This document shows positions 1 through 9,518 of a stretch of 64,000 nt of DNA, piece by piece. Under the pieces are notes generated by a model, which was given only the letters and a program-made list of their open reading frames with translations, did not search any database and had not been told where the DNA came from. The translations under genes were made by a program, and so were the position numbers. Position 1 is the stretch's first letter, and each line of letters opens with the position of its first letter. The stretch lies in sequence record LC768500.1, one strand, 5' to 3'.

Positions 1-27
1 ACTCCAAAAACCTTTAGATTCCCAAAA

Positions 28-672
28 ATGGATATTGGGGATATGTTTGTCGGCGCTCCCCTTATCAGCTTTGGCACTCCCGGTGAGCTCATTAACGACG
101 TGATCGCCAGAGCCATGAACCATCATGAAGCTGGATTAGTTAGCGGCGTGGATTTCGATTTAGGTGAAGAGCAATTAGATTTCCAAGAAGGTACAAGCGT
201 TTACCTTAATGTTAAGATACTCTCTTCATCTTTGATGTACAAAGGGAGCTTCGGACTAACCATTTATCGTGCTGACCTGTCGCCGCTCACCCAACCCATT
301 GAACGTGATCTGACATCAACGATTCCTGATTACTCTTCACTGGACTGGATGGTGTATCTCAGTACTCGGATTTTTAATGTCGAGTACGATATTGAAATCG
401 GCGATGTCATTCCTGAGTCTTGGAAAACCCCACTGTGGCCATTGCTTTACACCATGGATCAGGCTTTCAATATCGACGATGTGTTGGACGCGATTACGGG
501 TTCCGAAGTGCTGGAAAAATACACGGATGAAATTTCCAACCTGTCGGTGATCAAGTTAGAGAGCGGAGAACTCACCCTTCGGTACACCTTTGACAAGACC
601 CAGACCGTAACCTACATTACCGATTTTGAACTCCCCGGCGACCCAGCTATCACTGACGCGTTACTCCCTTAA
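28..672 (+). CDS. hypothetical protein, probably virion-associated
   Basis: 214-aa ORF followed by a terminator hairpin; lies just upstream of the structural block; no motif recognised. Confidence 0.55.
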   Translation: MDIGDMFVGAPLISFGTPGELINDVIARAMNHHEAGLVSGVDFDLGEEQLDFQEGTSVYLNVKILSSSLMYKGSFGLTIYRADLSPLTQPIERDLTSTIPDYSSLDWMVYLSTRIFNVEYDIEIGDVIPESWKTPLWPLLYTMDQAFNIDDVLDAITGSEVLEKYTDEISNLSVIKLESGELTLRYTFDKTQTVTYITDFELPGDPAITDALLP

Positions 673-678
673 CAACGA

Positions 679-705
679 GAATCTGGCCCCAGAAAGGCCA
701 GATTC
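679..705 (+). terminator. stem-loop / putative intrinsic terminator
   Basis: GAATCTGGCC-ccagaaa-GGCCAGATTC, 10-bp stem just after the stop at 672. Confidence 0.65.
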
Positions 706-741
706 TATGACCTTATATTTTTAATAGAAGAGGACGTTATT

Positions 742-2256
742 GTGCTCAGAACGTTTGTAAAGGCAGGGGAAACGTACCGTAACGCTCTTTATCCTGCAAT
801 CATCGAATCCCTTCGTCGGGTTTTAGAATTCTACTCGCTGACAGGGATTGACAAAGTGTATTTCAACGGCGATGCAGAAGTCTCTAAGCAACTTTTTTCT
901 GACATCGATAGTGGAGTAAGGGCGGACAGACAAACCGATTTCAAATTAATCAATAAACTTTATATCGTCACCGAAGAGCAACCTTCCGTCTTTAACAATG
1001 GTTACGGTAATGCCCAGAGAACGATTACCAACAGACCGGTGTGGAAGACGGACGACGATAAAGTTATGATCATCCCTACCTACGATGGAAGAGAGATCAC
1101 GGTTGATGTTAACGCCCACTTCAGGACAAGGCAAGAAGCCCGTAATTTCCGTAACAGTTTAGAGCAGGCTAGAAATCGTCAGGCTAACGACCTTAATTTC
1201 AACGCCCACGTCCATTACCCGCTGAACCTGGAAATTATCTACTTCCTTACCACCATTCACAAACGGTTAGTGAACGCAGGCCAGGTTACCGATGAGTTTG
1301 CCCCATGGTTCTTTAAGAATGCGTGCATGCCATTCACCACGATAACTAACCCGGCCGGGAATAACACTCAGGTCGTTTTACAACAAAGACGTGATGAGAT
1401 TGGGATATTCTTTGAAGAACCCACTATTGCGTTGACCCGTAAATCCAACGAATATCTGGGCCGGTACGAAGTTTCTTTCCGTTATAAGTTCTACTGGAAC
1501 GAACAGACCGATTGGGACTTGCGTTACCCTCTAATGATCTATCAACAGCCGTTAGATCAAATGTACATGCCTAAACCTCAGTTGGGTTACCGGAATGGGT
1601 TTAACCCCCATGCTTTTGTAGAGTTGGGTATGATTAACTTGTTGCTGAAAAGCAGGACAAAACATTCACCTTACTATCAGCGAATTCCGGAATACGACAT
1701 GTGGGTTCCACCAGGACAACGTTGGTTAGACACGCAGTTAACAATCGCGATTACGGTTCGAGACGAGGCGAACGTCCCTCTTATTAATATCGTTAATGAT
1801 ATTCCTAATTGGACCTGGGATGACGACTTCTTGGAACACATGTTAAAGTATCGCGAAAACCTCTTCACCCGCCATGAAGACATTTTCCATATTCAGGTTT
1901 ATTCTGATGACATTTTAGTGCTTCCAGAACAACTCAGTATGGATGAGGAAGGGAACATACTTCTTAATCGTAAACCGACGATGGGTAATGTATATCGGGT
2001 CGTTATTTTTGTTGACTGTAATTTAAAAGAATTCAGCGATCAAAATAACCAAAACATATTGGACGATGAAAATTATCTCTACGTCGTCATCCCTAAATTA
2101 TTCCCTTGGTATAAGTGGGATAAGTTCCCGGTGAATACGTCTAACGACCTTGTCAGGATGATAGACGAATCGGGATTAGGGGATATGGGCGGGTTAAGAG
2201 AACCAGTGCCAATGTATATGATGAATAACAGCCTAGCGGCCTATAGGGAGAATTAA
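742..2256 (+). CDS. conserved phiKZ-like virion structural protein
   Basis: 504 aa, GTG start with GAGGA RBS; size and position upstream of the helicase/MCP block match the structural cluster of phiKZ-like phages (synteny inference). Confidence 0.55.
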   Translation: MLRTFVKAGETYRNALYPAIIESLRRVLEFYSLTGIDKVYFNGDAEVSKQLFSDIDSGVRADRQTDFKLINKLYIVTEEQPSVFNNGYGNAQRTITNRPVWKTDDDKVMIIPTYDGREITVDVNAHFRTRQEARNFRNSLEQARNRQANDLNFNAHVHYPLNLEIIYFLTTIHKRLVNAGQVTDEFAPWFFKNACMPFTTITNPAGNNTQVVLQQRRDEIGIFFEEPTIALTRKSNEYLGRYEVSFRYKFYWNEQTDWDLRYPLMIYQQPLDQMYMPKPQLGYRNGFNPHAFVELGMINLLLKSRTKHSPYYQRIPEYDMWVPPGQRWLDTQLTIAITVRDEANVPLINIVNDIPNWTWDDDFLEHMLKYRENLFTRHEDIFHIQVYSDDILVLPEQLSMDEEGNILLNRKPTMGNVYRVVIFVDCNLKEFSDQNNQNILDDENYLYVVIPKLFPWYKWDKFPVNTSNDLVRMIDESGLGDMGGLREPVPMYMMNNSLAAYREN

Positions 2257-2259
2257 GAA

Positions 2260-3555
2260 ATGGGTGTGTTCACTCCAGGTACCGGTGATAATCCCACCGT
2301 AACGACCGCTGAAGGACCTAAGATTTATGCTGATGACTATAAGTCCAGTATCGTCGATTCCGTCTATGTGCACGGGACGAGCTTACTGACTTTTGTTACA
2401 GGTACTCCAGTAAGGACACAATACTACCGCCAATATCTTGGCGCTGATGAAGTTCCCGTCGGGCCACAGTTAGATGATATAAACACCTACCAGTCCTATA
2501 CTCGAATCAACGACCTCATCATGAAATTCGAGGGTAAGCCGGCGTATTCATTTGACACCGATACCGCCGAATCAACAGAGACGGGTGGAGCTTACGTCAT
2601 TTTTGATCTGAACCCAATTCAGGGTGATGTTTTTATCCGGGATATTGGTGACGGTCGTGCGGGTATTTACGTCGTAGAAGGCCAACCTGAACTTCGTAGC
2701 TACGCAGCGGATAAAGTCTATTTTATCCAGTTCAAACTCATCGGTTTGATGACCCAAGCTATAGAAGACAATTTTAATAGTAAAGTCGTCAGGGAATATT
2801 ACTATTCCAAAGATTCCGCTCTAAAAGGTGGGAACGCACTGCTATCTAAAGACCGTTTAGATGGCGTCAAAGAACTGATGCGGCTGTCCTTCGCCATTAC
2901 GCAGCAGCTGTTACGTAAGAACTATTTTAACCCTGAAGAAACTATCACGTTTAAGAACGAAGAAGACGGTTTTGTTTATTACGATCCTTACTTGACGAGA
3001 TTCCTTACGTATGTTTTACCTTACCGAGAATTCCTCGGGGTCAAACCTATTAATCTCATCAATACTCAGGTGGGCGTTAAACACAACTATAACGACCAGC
3101 TTACGGTTTACGACGCGCTTCTCCAAATGAATAAGGATCTGCTTGCTGTTGTACCGCGTAAGATGTACGTTTATTCTCGTCGTCAGTTCTTCGGAACCCG
3201 GACATACGGCTCTCCGTTGATGACGAAAATAGACCGTTTCTATCAGGTGGAGAAACTCGAGTTCGATGGCATTCAGCGACTTAATTTACCTGTTAACGGT
3301 TATATCCTTTATCCTGACCCGGAACCGGGTAGTGAAGAGGATTTCTATTTCAGCGCTGGTTTCTTTGACGGGGTTCCGGCTAATGAATTTGAACGTTTAA
3401 CGCTGGACTTTTTCTTTAACAAAGTCAGAGATCGGGATGCGTTGCTGGCGTACGCTAAAACGGTATTAACGTTACCCGATAAAGATCTGGCTTATCAGGG
3501 CGGGGTTGTGGTGGCTATGATAGAACTATCCCGCAGAGTTTTAACTGGAGAATAA
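2260..3555 (+). CDS. conserved phiKZ-like virion structural protein (neck/tail region)
   Basis: 431 aa, 3 nt after previous stop with GGAG RBS; synteny inference only. Confidence 0.5.
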   Translation: MGVFTPGTGDNPTVTTAEGPKIYADDYKSSIVDSVYVHGTSLLTFVTGTPVRTQYYRQYLGADEVPVGPQLDDINTYQSYTRINDLIMKFEGKPAYSFDTDTAESTETGGAYVIFDLNPIQGDVFIRDIGDGRAGIYVVEGQPELRSYAADKVYFIQFKLIGLMTQAIEDNFNSKVVREYYYSKDSALKGGNALLSKDRLDGVKELMRLSFAITQQLLRKNYFNPEETITFKNEEDGFVYYDPYLTRFLTYVLPYREFLGVKPINLINTQVGVKHNYNDQLTVYDALLQMNKDLLAVVPRKMYVYSRRQFFGTRTYGSPLMTKIDRFYQVEKLEFDGIQRLNLPVNGYILYPDPEPGSEEDFYFSAGFFDGVPANEFERLTLDFFFNKVRDRDALLAYAKTVLTLPDKDLAYQGGVVVAMIELSRRVLTGE

Positions 3556-3557
3556 TC

Positions 3558-4220
3558 ATGATCGAGCTCTTTCGTTATAAAGAGATTAGGAAGTCACTTA
3601 TTGCCCAACACGACATTATCGTTAATCGCAATTATCGTGTGTCTTTTCCTCGGCAATACTTAATGTCCTTGGATCAATTGGAGAACCGAGAAATCGTCCG
3701 TATGACGAGTGTGATCGATCCGGATTCACACACTCGGCCTTCCCCCATGACTGTGACGTTAGAGCGAGTTATCGATATTCTCAAACGGCTTCCTGATAGT
3801 AGGATACTCGCATTTAAACACAGCAGGGACGCACTGGAGATTTACGAAACTATTCAGGGGTATCTCAACAATTGGATAGAGATCATTTTAGAGGCCCCTG
3901 AATTCTCCTACCCTACGATCCAAGAGCTTTATGATTTGGAAAGTGTGGCCAAGTGGGCATTCCCGGTTTATCAACATGAAAAACGAATGATGTCGTTCAG
4001 GGAAAATAGGGATTTCAATAAGCAACAGTTCGCCCATCCTTTGCTAAGCCTGATTGGTGTGTTGAAGTCCGATGACGATGTTCCGTCATTTATCTCATTT
4101 TTGGATAACCGTCTTCCGCAACATCTCAAGGCTTATCGCAACGAAGAACTCTTTACGGAAGACTTAAAAGAAGTTCTTTCTTTTGACAACTCTTTATTTG
4201 GAATTAAGGGTGGGTTATGA
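3558..4220 (+). CDS. hypothetical protein of the structural operon
   Basis: 220 aa, coupled to both neighbours (GGAG RBS; ATGA overlap at 4217-4220). Confidence 0.6.
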   Translation: MIELFRYKEIRKSLIAQHDIIVNRNYRVSFPRQYLMSLDQLENREIVRMTSVIDPDSHTRPSPMTVTLERVIDILKRLPDSRILAFKHSRDALEIYETIQGYLNNWIEIILEAPEFSYPTIQELYDLESVAKWAFPVYQHEKRMMSFRENRDFNKQQFAHPLLSLIGVLKSDDDVPSFISFLDNRLPQHLKAYRNEELFTEDLKEVLSFDNSLFGIKGGL

Positions 4221-5563
4221 TACCCGTTAATATTAGTAACGTCTTAGAACAGGCGAAGCAGGTTGCCGCAACCAAACGCGCTACCATCTCTACGCTCGAG
4301 CTAACTCTTATAACCCCGGAATTACATTATCCCGTTCCTAACGTTCAGAGGCTCTCTAAGAGCTCTAATTTCTTGGAGGACGGGACGGATGTTTGGGCGA
4401 TTAACTTCTTGATGCAGCCTGGCGTTTTCTTAAAACAGATTCTTCCGTACAAAGATAACCTGCTCGTTGACTTAGTTGAGAGCACGGGACTCAATAGAAC
4501 ACTTCGTCGCCTTCGCGCGACAATTCCAATGGACGTTAATCCTCAAACCAGTTCGGATAACAGCGTCTATATTGATCCAGGCGTATTAGATCAAAACATG
4601 GTCGTTCCCGTCACGCTTATTTTGATCGATACAGTATACGAACAGTTACGTAACCAACCACTACTTGATAATTACTTAATGGCTACAACCAAAGACGTTT
4701 TGCATAATGTCTGGAGTCAACAAGGTCACGCCATTCAGTCTAACGGGGTTAACAAGTTTAAAGGAGTTGACATTGAAGAACCCACCGATAACCCTAGAGT
4801 TTATCGGCAGATTATGGTCAAGCACGGGACGCGCCTGACTCGTTTCGCGGACTATCTTCAGAATGAAGAAGGGCTGGGAATTTATACCCGTGGGTGCGGG
4901 TCTTTCTATCGAGACGGAATTTGGTACGTCTTTCCTATTTGTAAGCCCGAAAGATACGGTGCGGTGAAAAAGTCCTTAGATATTTATAAGTTCCCTGAGG
5001 ACGTTTTACCAGTAACAGAGCAAACGTATGGGACGACGGCGAACTCCACGTTAATACTTTCTACAGGTCCATCTAAATTGCTTGACGGTACTGATAACCT
5101 GAGACAGAATTTTGGTGCTGGTCAACAGATCATTTCTTCGGATGCGATTTCAGGAGAAGCTGGGTCACACTATAACAACGGAGCGAGTGTCACTCTACGA
5201 GCAGAGAAAGTGACTGAATACAGAACCACGCAGCGTGCTTCGGGGCAGGAGCTTATCGACATCAACCCCACTCCTACCAATAATGTTTTTAAAGAGATAA
5301 CTAAAAACGCCATGAGGGACTGCAAGGTACTGGAATTGAATTGGAGTAACTCCAATCCTTTTCTCATTACCCCAGGGGCGCCGGTTAAGTATTATTTCCT
5401 TAATGAACAAGGGACCCTCACCATCCAGGAAGGTACGGTAATATCGGAGCAGACCACCTATTACTCTGATTCGACCAGACCCCTCACACCGTTTAGAAAG
5501 AACTCTGTTCTGACCATACTCCTGCTCCCTATTCAGAATAGCACGATAACCCCGAACAATTAA
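4217..5563 (+). CDS. virion structural protein, possibly baseplate hub-like
   Basis: 448 aa, last gene of the operon; beta-rich pattern; hub assignment is inferred from size and synteny. Confidence 0.45.
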   Translation: MIPVNISNVLEQAKQVAATKRATISTLELTLITPELHYPVPNVQRLSKSSNFLEDGTDVWAINFLMQPGVFLKQILPYKDNLLVDLVESTGLNRTLRRLRATIPMDVNPQTSSDNSVYIDPGVLDQNMVVPVTLILIDTVYEQLRNQPLLDNYLMATTKDVLHNVWSQQGHAIQSNGVNKFKGVDIEEPTDNPRVYRQIMVKHGTRLTRFADYLQNEEGLGIYTRGCGSFYRDGIWYVFPICKPERYGAVKKSLDIYKFPEDVLPVTEQTYGTTANSTLILSTGPSKLLDGTDNLRQNFGAGQQIISSDAISGEAGSHYNNGASVTLRAEKVTEYRTTQRASGQELIDINPTPTNNVFKEITKNAMRDCKVLELNWSNSNPFLITPGAPVKYYFLNEQGTLTIQEGTVISEQTTYYSDSTRPLTPFRKNSVLTILLLPIQNSTITPNN

Positions 5564-5580
5564 AATTTGACATGGAGTTT

Positions 5581-5598
5581 TTTATAACACTATATGAC
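5581..5598 (+). promoter_or_regulatory. putative phage early promoter
   Basis: TTTATAACAC-TATATGAC; variant of the phiKZ early consensus TATATTAC and of six similar sites in the window. Confidence 0.55.
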
Positions 5599-5650
5599 CA
5601 CAGTGTATGAAAAACAAAATCTCATTTTTAATTTAATAGAGGAAATCATC

Positions 5651-6109
5651 ATGAAACGTTTTATCTCTGCGGCTATTCTTTCCGTTATTGCTATGAGTGC
5701 TACCGCAACTGAAAATACCAACATCTGGGGTTGTGTTACCAACGCTGGCAAAGTCGCCAGGGTTGATCTGGTAGAAGGAACTGGCGGCGTACAAGCAGTC
5801 TACACGTTCGGTAAGGCTGGGAGCGATCCTGAGCTCTCCGTTGCCAAGAAGCTCTCTGACGTTAAGTATACCGAGAAAGAAGCTTACGCCAACGGCATCC
5901 TGCAAACAACGTATTATCAGCTGACTTTCAATAATGGTCAGTACAGCTATATCACTGAACAGTTTAACAAGATCGCACGTCTTTACGTACTCAAGAACGA
6001 TAAAGTGATTTCGACTATTGAGTGCGAAGATATCATCGACGCGGGTGTTCTTGACAGCGAAAACATGATCAAAATCTTTCCTTACCATGAAAAGGTAAAG
6101 GATGAATAA
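5651..6109 (+). CDS. secreted/periplasmic protein with Sec signal peptide
   Basis: start moved to ATG 5651 (GAGGA RBS); MKRFISAAILSVIAMSATA is a typical signal peptide; two Cys in the mature part; host-like codon usage. Confidence 0.75.
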   Translation: MKRFISAAILSVIAMSATATENTNIWGCVTNAGKVARVDLVEGTGGVQAVYTFGKAGSDPELSVAKKLSDVKYTEKEAYANGILQTTYYQLTFNNGQYSYITEQFNKIARLYVLKNDKVISTIECEDIIDAGVLDSENMIKIFPYHEKVKDE

Positions 6110-6113
6110 ACCT

Positions 6114-6143
6114 CCTACCTCCACCCATAAGGGTGGAGGTAGG
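6114..6143 (+). terminator. intrinsic terminator
   Basis: CCTACCTCCACCC-ataa-GGGTGGAGGTAGG, 13-bp stem, T tract shortly downstream. Confidence 0.8.
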
Positions 6144-6200
6144 GTAACCTAATTTATTTTTTTTTATCCTGCAAAATCGAAGTCCGGGACACTATCCTTA

Positions 6201-6216
6201 TTTAAACCTATATTAC
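6201..6216 (+). promoter_or_regulatory. putative phage early promoter
   Basis: TTTAAACC-TATATTAC; exact phiKZ early consensus TATATTAC at 6209-6216. Confidence 0.7.
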
Positions 6217-6232
6217 GACCTAATGAAACTTA

Positions 6233-7264
6233 ATGGTTTATCGGGAGCATTTAATGGGATCAAGTTTAAGGCGAGATTTAAAAGAATTAGAGGAACATCC
6301 TCATTTTAAGGGGTTCTATAAGTGTCTTAGAGATGGGAGATTATGGCTCAATCCAGATAGCAACAATTACGTTATTTTGGAGAAGGATGGGAAAACTAAG
6401 AAGTTTTTTCTTTCTAAGAGAACGTCCAAAGGAGCCAGAGAGTATTTGAGGGTAACTATTTACGATAGCGGGAAAGAGCAGAACTCCTATCTTTATCACG
6501 TTATCAATGCCGAAACATTTTTAATAAAGCCCGACATACCCGATAGAAAACTGGAAGTTAATCACAAGAATTCTGACAGATGGGACGGGAGAGTTGACAA
6601 TCTTGAATATGTGACATCGCAAGAAAACATACGCCACGCTGTTGAGGCTGGTTCTTTTAATACGTTATCGGGATTTATTATAGATTTAACTACTGGAGAT
6701 AAATATTTCTTTTTCAGTTATTCGAGATTAATAACCGACTGGGGTTTTGACAGGTCCTCGGCAGAAAGCTATTTAAAAACCGATATGTCAGTCCCGCTTC
6801 TGTTTAAATGGGGGATAGAATTTGTCGGAGGTAAAAAATGCACTCTGACCAATGAGGATGTCGGTAAGTTCAGGAGAACACCAAAGTCCCCGATAAAGAT
6901 TTTAAATAAATCAACTGGTGAGGTGTCATGGGCCGTTAGCATGAAGGATTGTGCAAAAAAGATAGACTGTTCTCCTAGATTAATACATAAATTATTCTTT
7001 GGAAAAAATTCCTTCAGGTTAAAACAATGGGAAATTTCTTTTATAAATAATTACGAGGATTTTTTAAAATATCATGAGTATAAATCCACCATCGGCAAGG
7101 TCGGGGGTGTGCCAAAACCTATTTTCTTTATTCATGATAAAACCGGGGAGAAACTATCTTTTAAAACCATTACTGAAGCCTCAAAATACTTTAAGATTAC
7201 AAGAGGGAATCTTTCATTCTTAAGAAAACGCGGAAGTAAATTTTTAGGTTATAGTATAATCTGA
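6233..7264 (+). CDS. free-standing HNH homing endonuclease (HNH_3 type, C-terminal NUMOD1/IENR1-like repeats)
   Basis: LEVNHKNSDRWDGRVDNLEYVTSQENIRHA HNH motif; three C-terminal repeats (IIDLTTGDKY, ILNKSTGEVS, IHDKTGEKLSFKTITEASKYF); visibly AT-rich. Confidence 0.88.
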   Translation: MVYREHLMGSSLRRDLKELEEHPHFKGFYKCLRDGRLWLNPDSNNYVILEKDGKTKKFFLSKRTSKGAREYLRVTIYDSGKEQNSYLYHVINAETFLIKPDIPDRKLEVNHKNSDRWDGRVDNLEYVTSQENIRHAVEAGSFNTLSGFIIDLTTGDKYFFFSYSRLITDWGFDRSSAESYLKTDMSVPLLFKWGIEFVGGKKCTLTNEDVGKFRRTPKSPIKILNKSTGEVSWAVSMKDCAKKIDCSPRLIHKLFFGKNSFRLKQWEISFINNYEDFLKYHEYKSTIGKVGGVPKPIFFIHDKTGEKLSFKTITEASKYFKITRGNLSFLRKRGSKFLGYSII

Positions 7265-7265
7265 T

Positions 7266-7299
7266 TCTATCCTTCCTCGCAAAAGCGAGGAAGGATAGA
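7266..7299. terminator. bidirectional terminator between converging HNH and helicase genes
   Basis: TCTATCCTTCCTCGC-aaaa-GCGAGGAAGGATAGA, 15-bp stem with a downstream T tract. Confidence 0.85.
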
Positions 7300-7316
7300 G
7301 GTATTTGTTTTTTTTT

Positions 7317-8858
7317 TTACCCCATGAAGTCAAAGTCAGGTTGAGATTCGCCGTTTTCGTCTAACATGTGTTTAAAGGATTTCTTACCAGCGCACTTGGT
7401 ATTGATATCGTGAACTAACCCTAACACTGGATCGAGTGGATAGACCCAGAATCTTTCCGATAGAGGAGAACCTTCCCCTCTCATTTTAGACAGGTTTACT
7501 GTCCAGTAAGCTTTGTCGTCCACTGTTTTTGCAACATGCACTGTGATAACGCCATCACATTCGTTCGTTAATTTAGTCGAGCCTTCAGTCATGGACTTCC
7601 CGCCGACTTCTTTAGCGAAAGTCAGTTCTGCGTCGTCGTCTGATTCACGTAAGAACTTTTTAGCCTCTGGAGATAACTGGTGGGGTGTACAGAAACAAAT
7701 ACCGTGATTGACGATGAACCCACGGACACGCTTGTACAGGTCTTGTAAGCGATCAGAGCGAGATTCCCCAGAAGTCCCCTTGAGGTTAGCCATCCCTAAG
7801 TAATCGTAAGCCCAGAAAATGATTTCGTGACCCTTCATCTGTAACTTACGAATACGGTCAGTCATCTCATAATAGTTATCATTGACGGGATCGACTCGGT
7901 TCATGATTAAGAACCAGCCATTCTTCCTAAAACCGTCTGCGATAACTTGAGCGATGGTTTCAGGAAGCTCGTTCTTGAAGTCCCCTTGATGACCGAACTG
8001 GTTAACCATGATGAGTTTATACATACGCTCTATAATGATGTCTAACGCATCCTCAGCGGAATCCAGTACGATGGTAGGTATCTTAGATTTATCACGCAGC
8101 AGAGGTTTATTGTAGAGGCCCATCGACGCTACGATATGCCCCATGGTCAAGCTCTTACCCCTGTTTGTTAACGCCTCCCACATATAGAACTTGGAGCGAC
8201 GCAACCCATTATCGGGATATAGCGCTTTGTTTAGTCCCTGAAGACCTGTCTTTAACACACCTTCTTCCGACGATTCGATTTTAGCACGTTCAATGATATT
8301 AACGATGCCACTCAAATCGTCTGTATTGACTTCTTCTACCAAAGCGACGTTCTTATCAGCCAATACAGCTTCCGTCAATTTGGTTTCAATCATGTCGGCT
8401 ATTTTAGCCCAAGTGGTTTTATCCGTTTTACTCGGGTCGCCAAAATAAAGTTCTTTAATTTCGTTCTTAAAATCTTTATTGAACTTATCGTCACCAACTG
8501 CTTTTTTGACTTCTTGAATATGACGATAAATAATCTGCCGTGTTCTTTCTTCGCTAGGGTAGTCTTCTAATCCTGCTTCAATAGCTTTGGCTAACTCAGG
8601 TGCGTCTTTCATAAAGTCCATTACTCGTTGAGTGAGCAATGATTTTATGATCGGCTCATCTTCGGGTTGAGCTAAAATCCAGTCGATGGTATCGCGAATA
8701 GCGGTTTCTATTTTCTTATCCTGCGTGAACAAGTCGCCTTTAGAAATCGGTATCCCACTCAAAAGATCTTTCGCTTCCCCTAACAGAGTGACGTCTTTTA
8801 TTTTTTTAATTTGGTACATCGCACTGAGAATCTTAACCAGGATCAGTAACGTGCTCAT
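7317..8858 (-). CDS. dnaB: DnaB-like replicative helicase (phiKZ gp118-like)
   Basis: Walker A variant ALTNRGKS, Walker B YDYLG, TPHQLS and KMRG motifs; typical position upstream of and divergent from the MCP. Confidence 0.88.
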   Translation of the reverse strand: MSTLLILVKILSAMYQIKKIKDVTLLGEAKDLLSGIPISKGDLFTQDKKIETAIRDTIDWILAQPEDEPIIKSLLTQRVMDFMKDAPELAKAIEAGLEDYPSEERTRQIIYRHIQEVKKAVGDDKFNKDFKNEIKELYFGDPSKTDKTTWAKIADMIETKLTEAVLADKNVALVEEVNTDDLSGIVNIIERAKIESSEEGVLKTGLQGLNKALYPDNGLRRSKFYMWEALTNRGKSLTMGHIVASMGLYNKPLLRDKSKIPTIVLDSAEDALDIIIERMYKLIMVNQFGHQGDFKNELPETIAQVIADGFRKNGWFLIMNRVDPVNDNYYEMTDRIRKLQMKGHEIIFWAYDYLGMANLKGTSGESRSDRLQDLYKRVRGFIVNHGICFCTPHQLSPEAKKFLRESDDDAELTFAKEVGGKSMTEGSTKLTNECDGVITVHVAKTVDDKAYWTVNLSKMRGEGSPLSERFWVYPLDPVLGLVHDINTKCAGKKSFKHMLDENGESQPDFDFMG

Positions 8859-8872
8859 TTAAAAACTCCAAG

Positions 8873-9430
8873 GTGATGATAATGAATTTAATTTTTCAAG
8901 AGTCTCCTGACCGCCACCAGGTATGGTTATTAACTAATGATATGGTGAAAGCGGTTGAGAGATCTCGTATAAGATTCGATCAGTTAAATCGAATCCCAGA
9001 ATATCGAGATCGTTTTGCGGAATCCGATATTATTGCTATTGCTGTTTTACAATACAGCATGAGCCTTAAATTGGGTCGTCCGCTCCAGGACGTGTTTGAT
9101 CCAGACGCTTATGTGGGTGACGAAGGACTTGTCCTCAAGAGTAAGATTAGCAATGTATTAGCAGAACTCCCTCGTCTGACTGTAATAGCGGCGCTGAGTA
9201 ATCCTGCTCGTTATTACATTAAGAAAGTGGGCAATGACATTATTTTATGTCAAGGTGAGCTGGTTAAACCAGACACTAGCTGGACTGAGCTAAACGAATC
9301 TCTCTTCACTCACGCATTATTAAAAGGGATTTATAGCCAATACGGCTACCATCAATTGCATTTCCGAGAATTGAACCGACCGCAACGAGATAGCTTTACG
9401 TTAGCCGACGTTCTCCGCGTATTGTCTTAA
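8873..9430 (+). CDS. conserved hypothetical protein between helicase and MCP
   Basis: 185-aa ORF in a syntenic position; no motif recognised. Confidence 0.6.
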   Translation: MMIMNLIFQESPDRHQVWLLTNDMVKAVERSRIRFDQLNRIPEYRDRFAESDIIAIAVLQYSMSLKLGRPLQDVFDPDAYVGDEGLVLKSKISNVLAELPRLTVIAALSNPARYYIKKVGNDIILCQGELVKPDTSWTELNESLFTHALLKGIYSQYGYHQLHFRELNRPQRDSFTLADVLRVLS

Positions 9431-9460
9431 TCCCTGATGCATAAGGGGTTAAGTACATTT

Positions 9461-9464
9461 TATG
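9461..9464 (+). promoter_or_regulatory. putative late promoter (TATG, nvRNAP type) of the MCP gene
   Basis: TTTTATGTAC about 55 nt upstream of the MCP start; TATG is the known phiKZ late consensus, but a 4-mer is weak evidence. Confidence 0.45.
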
Positions 9465-9518
9465 TACTAGTGCCGTAAACAAATATTTGTTTAAAGCTTT
9501 GAATAAAGGAAATTATCG

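Noticed and set aside
5567-5596. Sigma70-like promoter TTGACA-N18-TATATG
   Set aside because: The -35 box is perfect but the -10 box is poor. The same bases fit the phage early motif seen six more times, so it is not called separately; dual use cannot be excluded.
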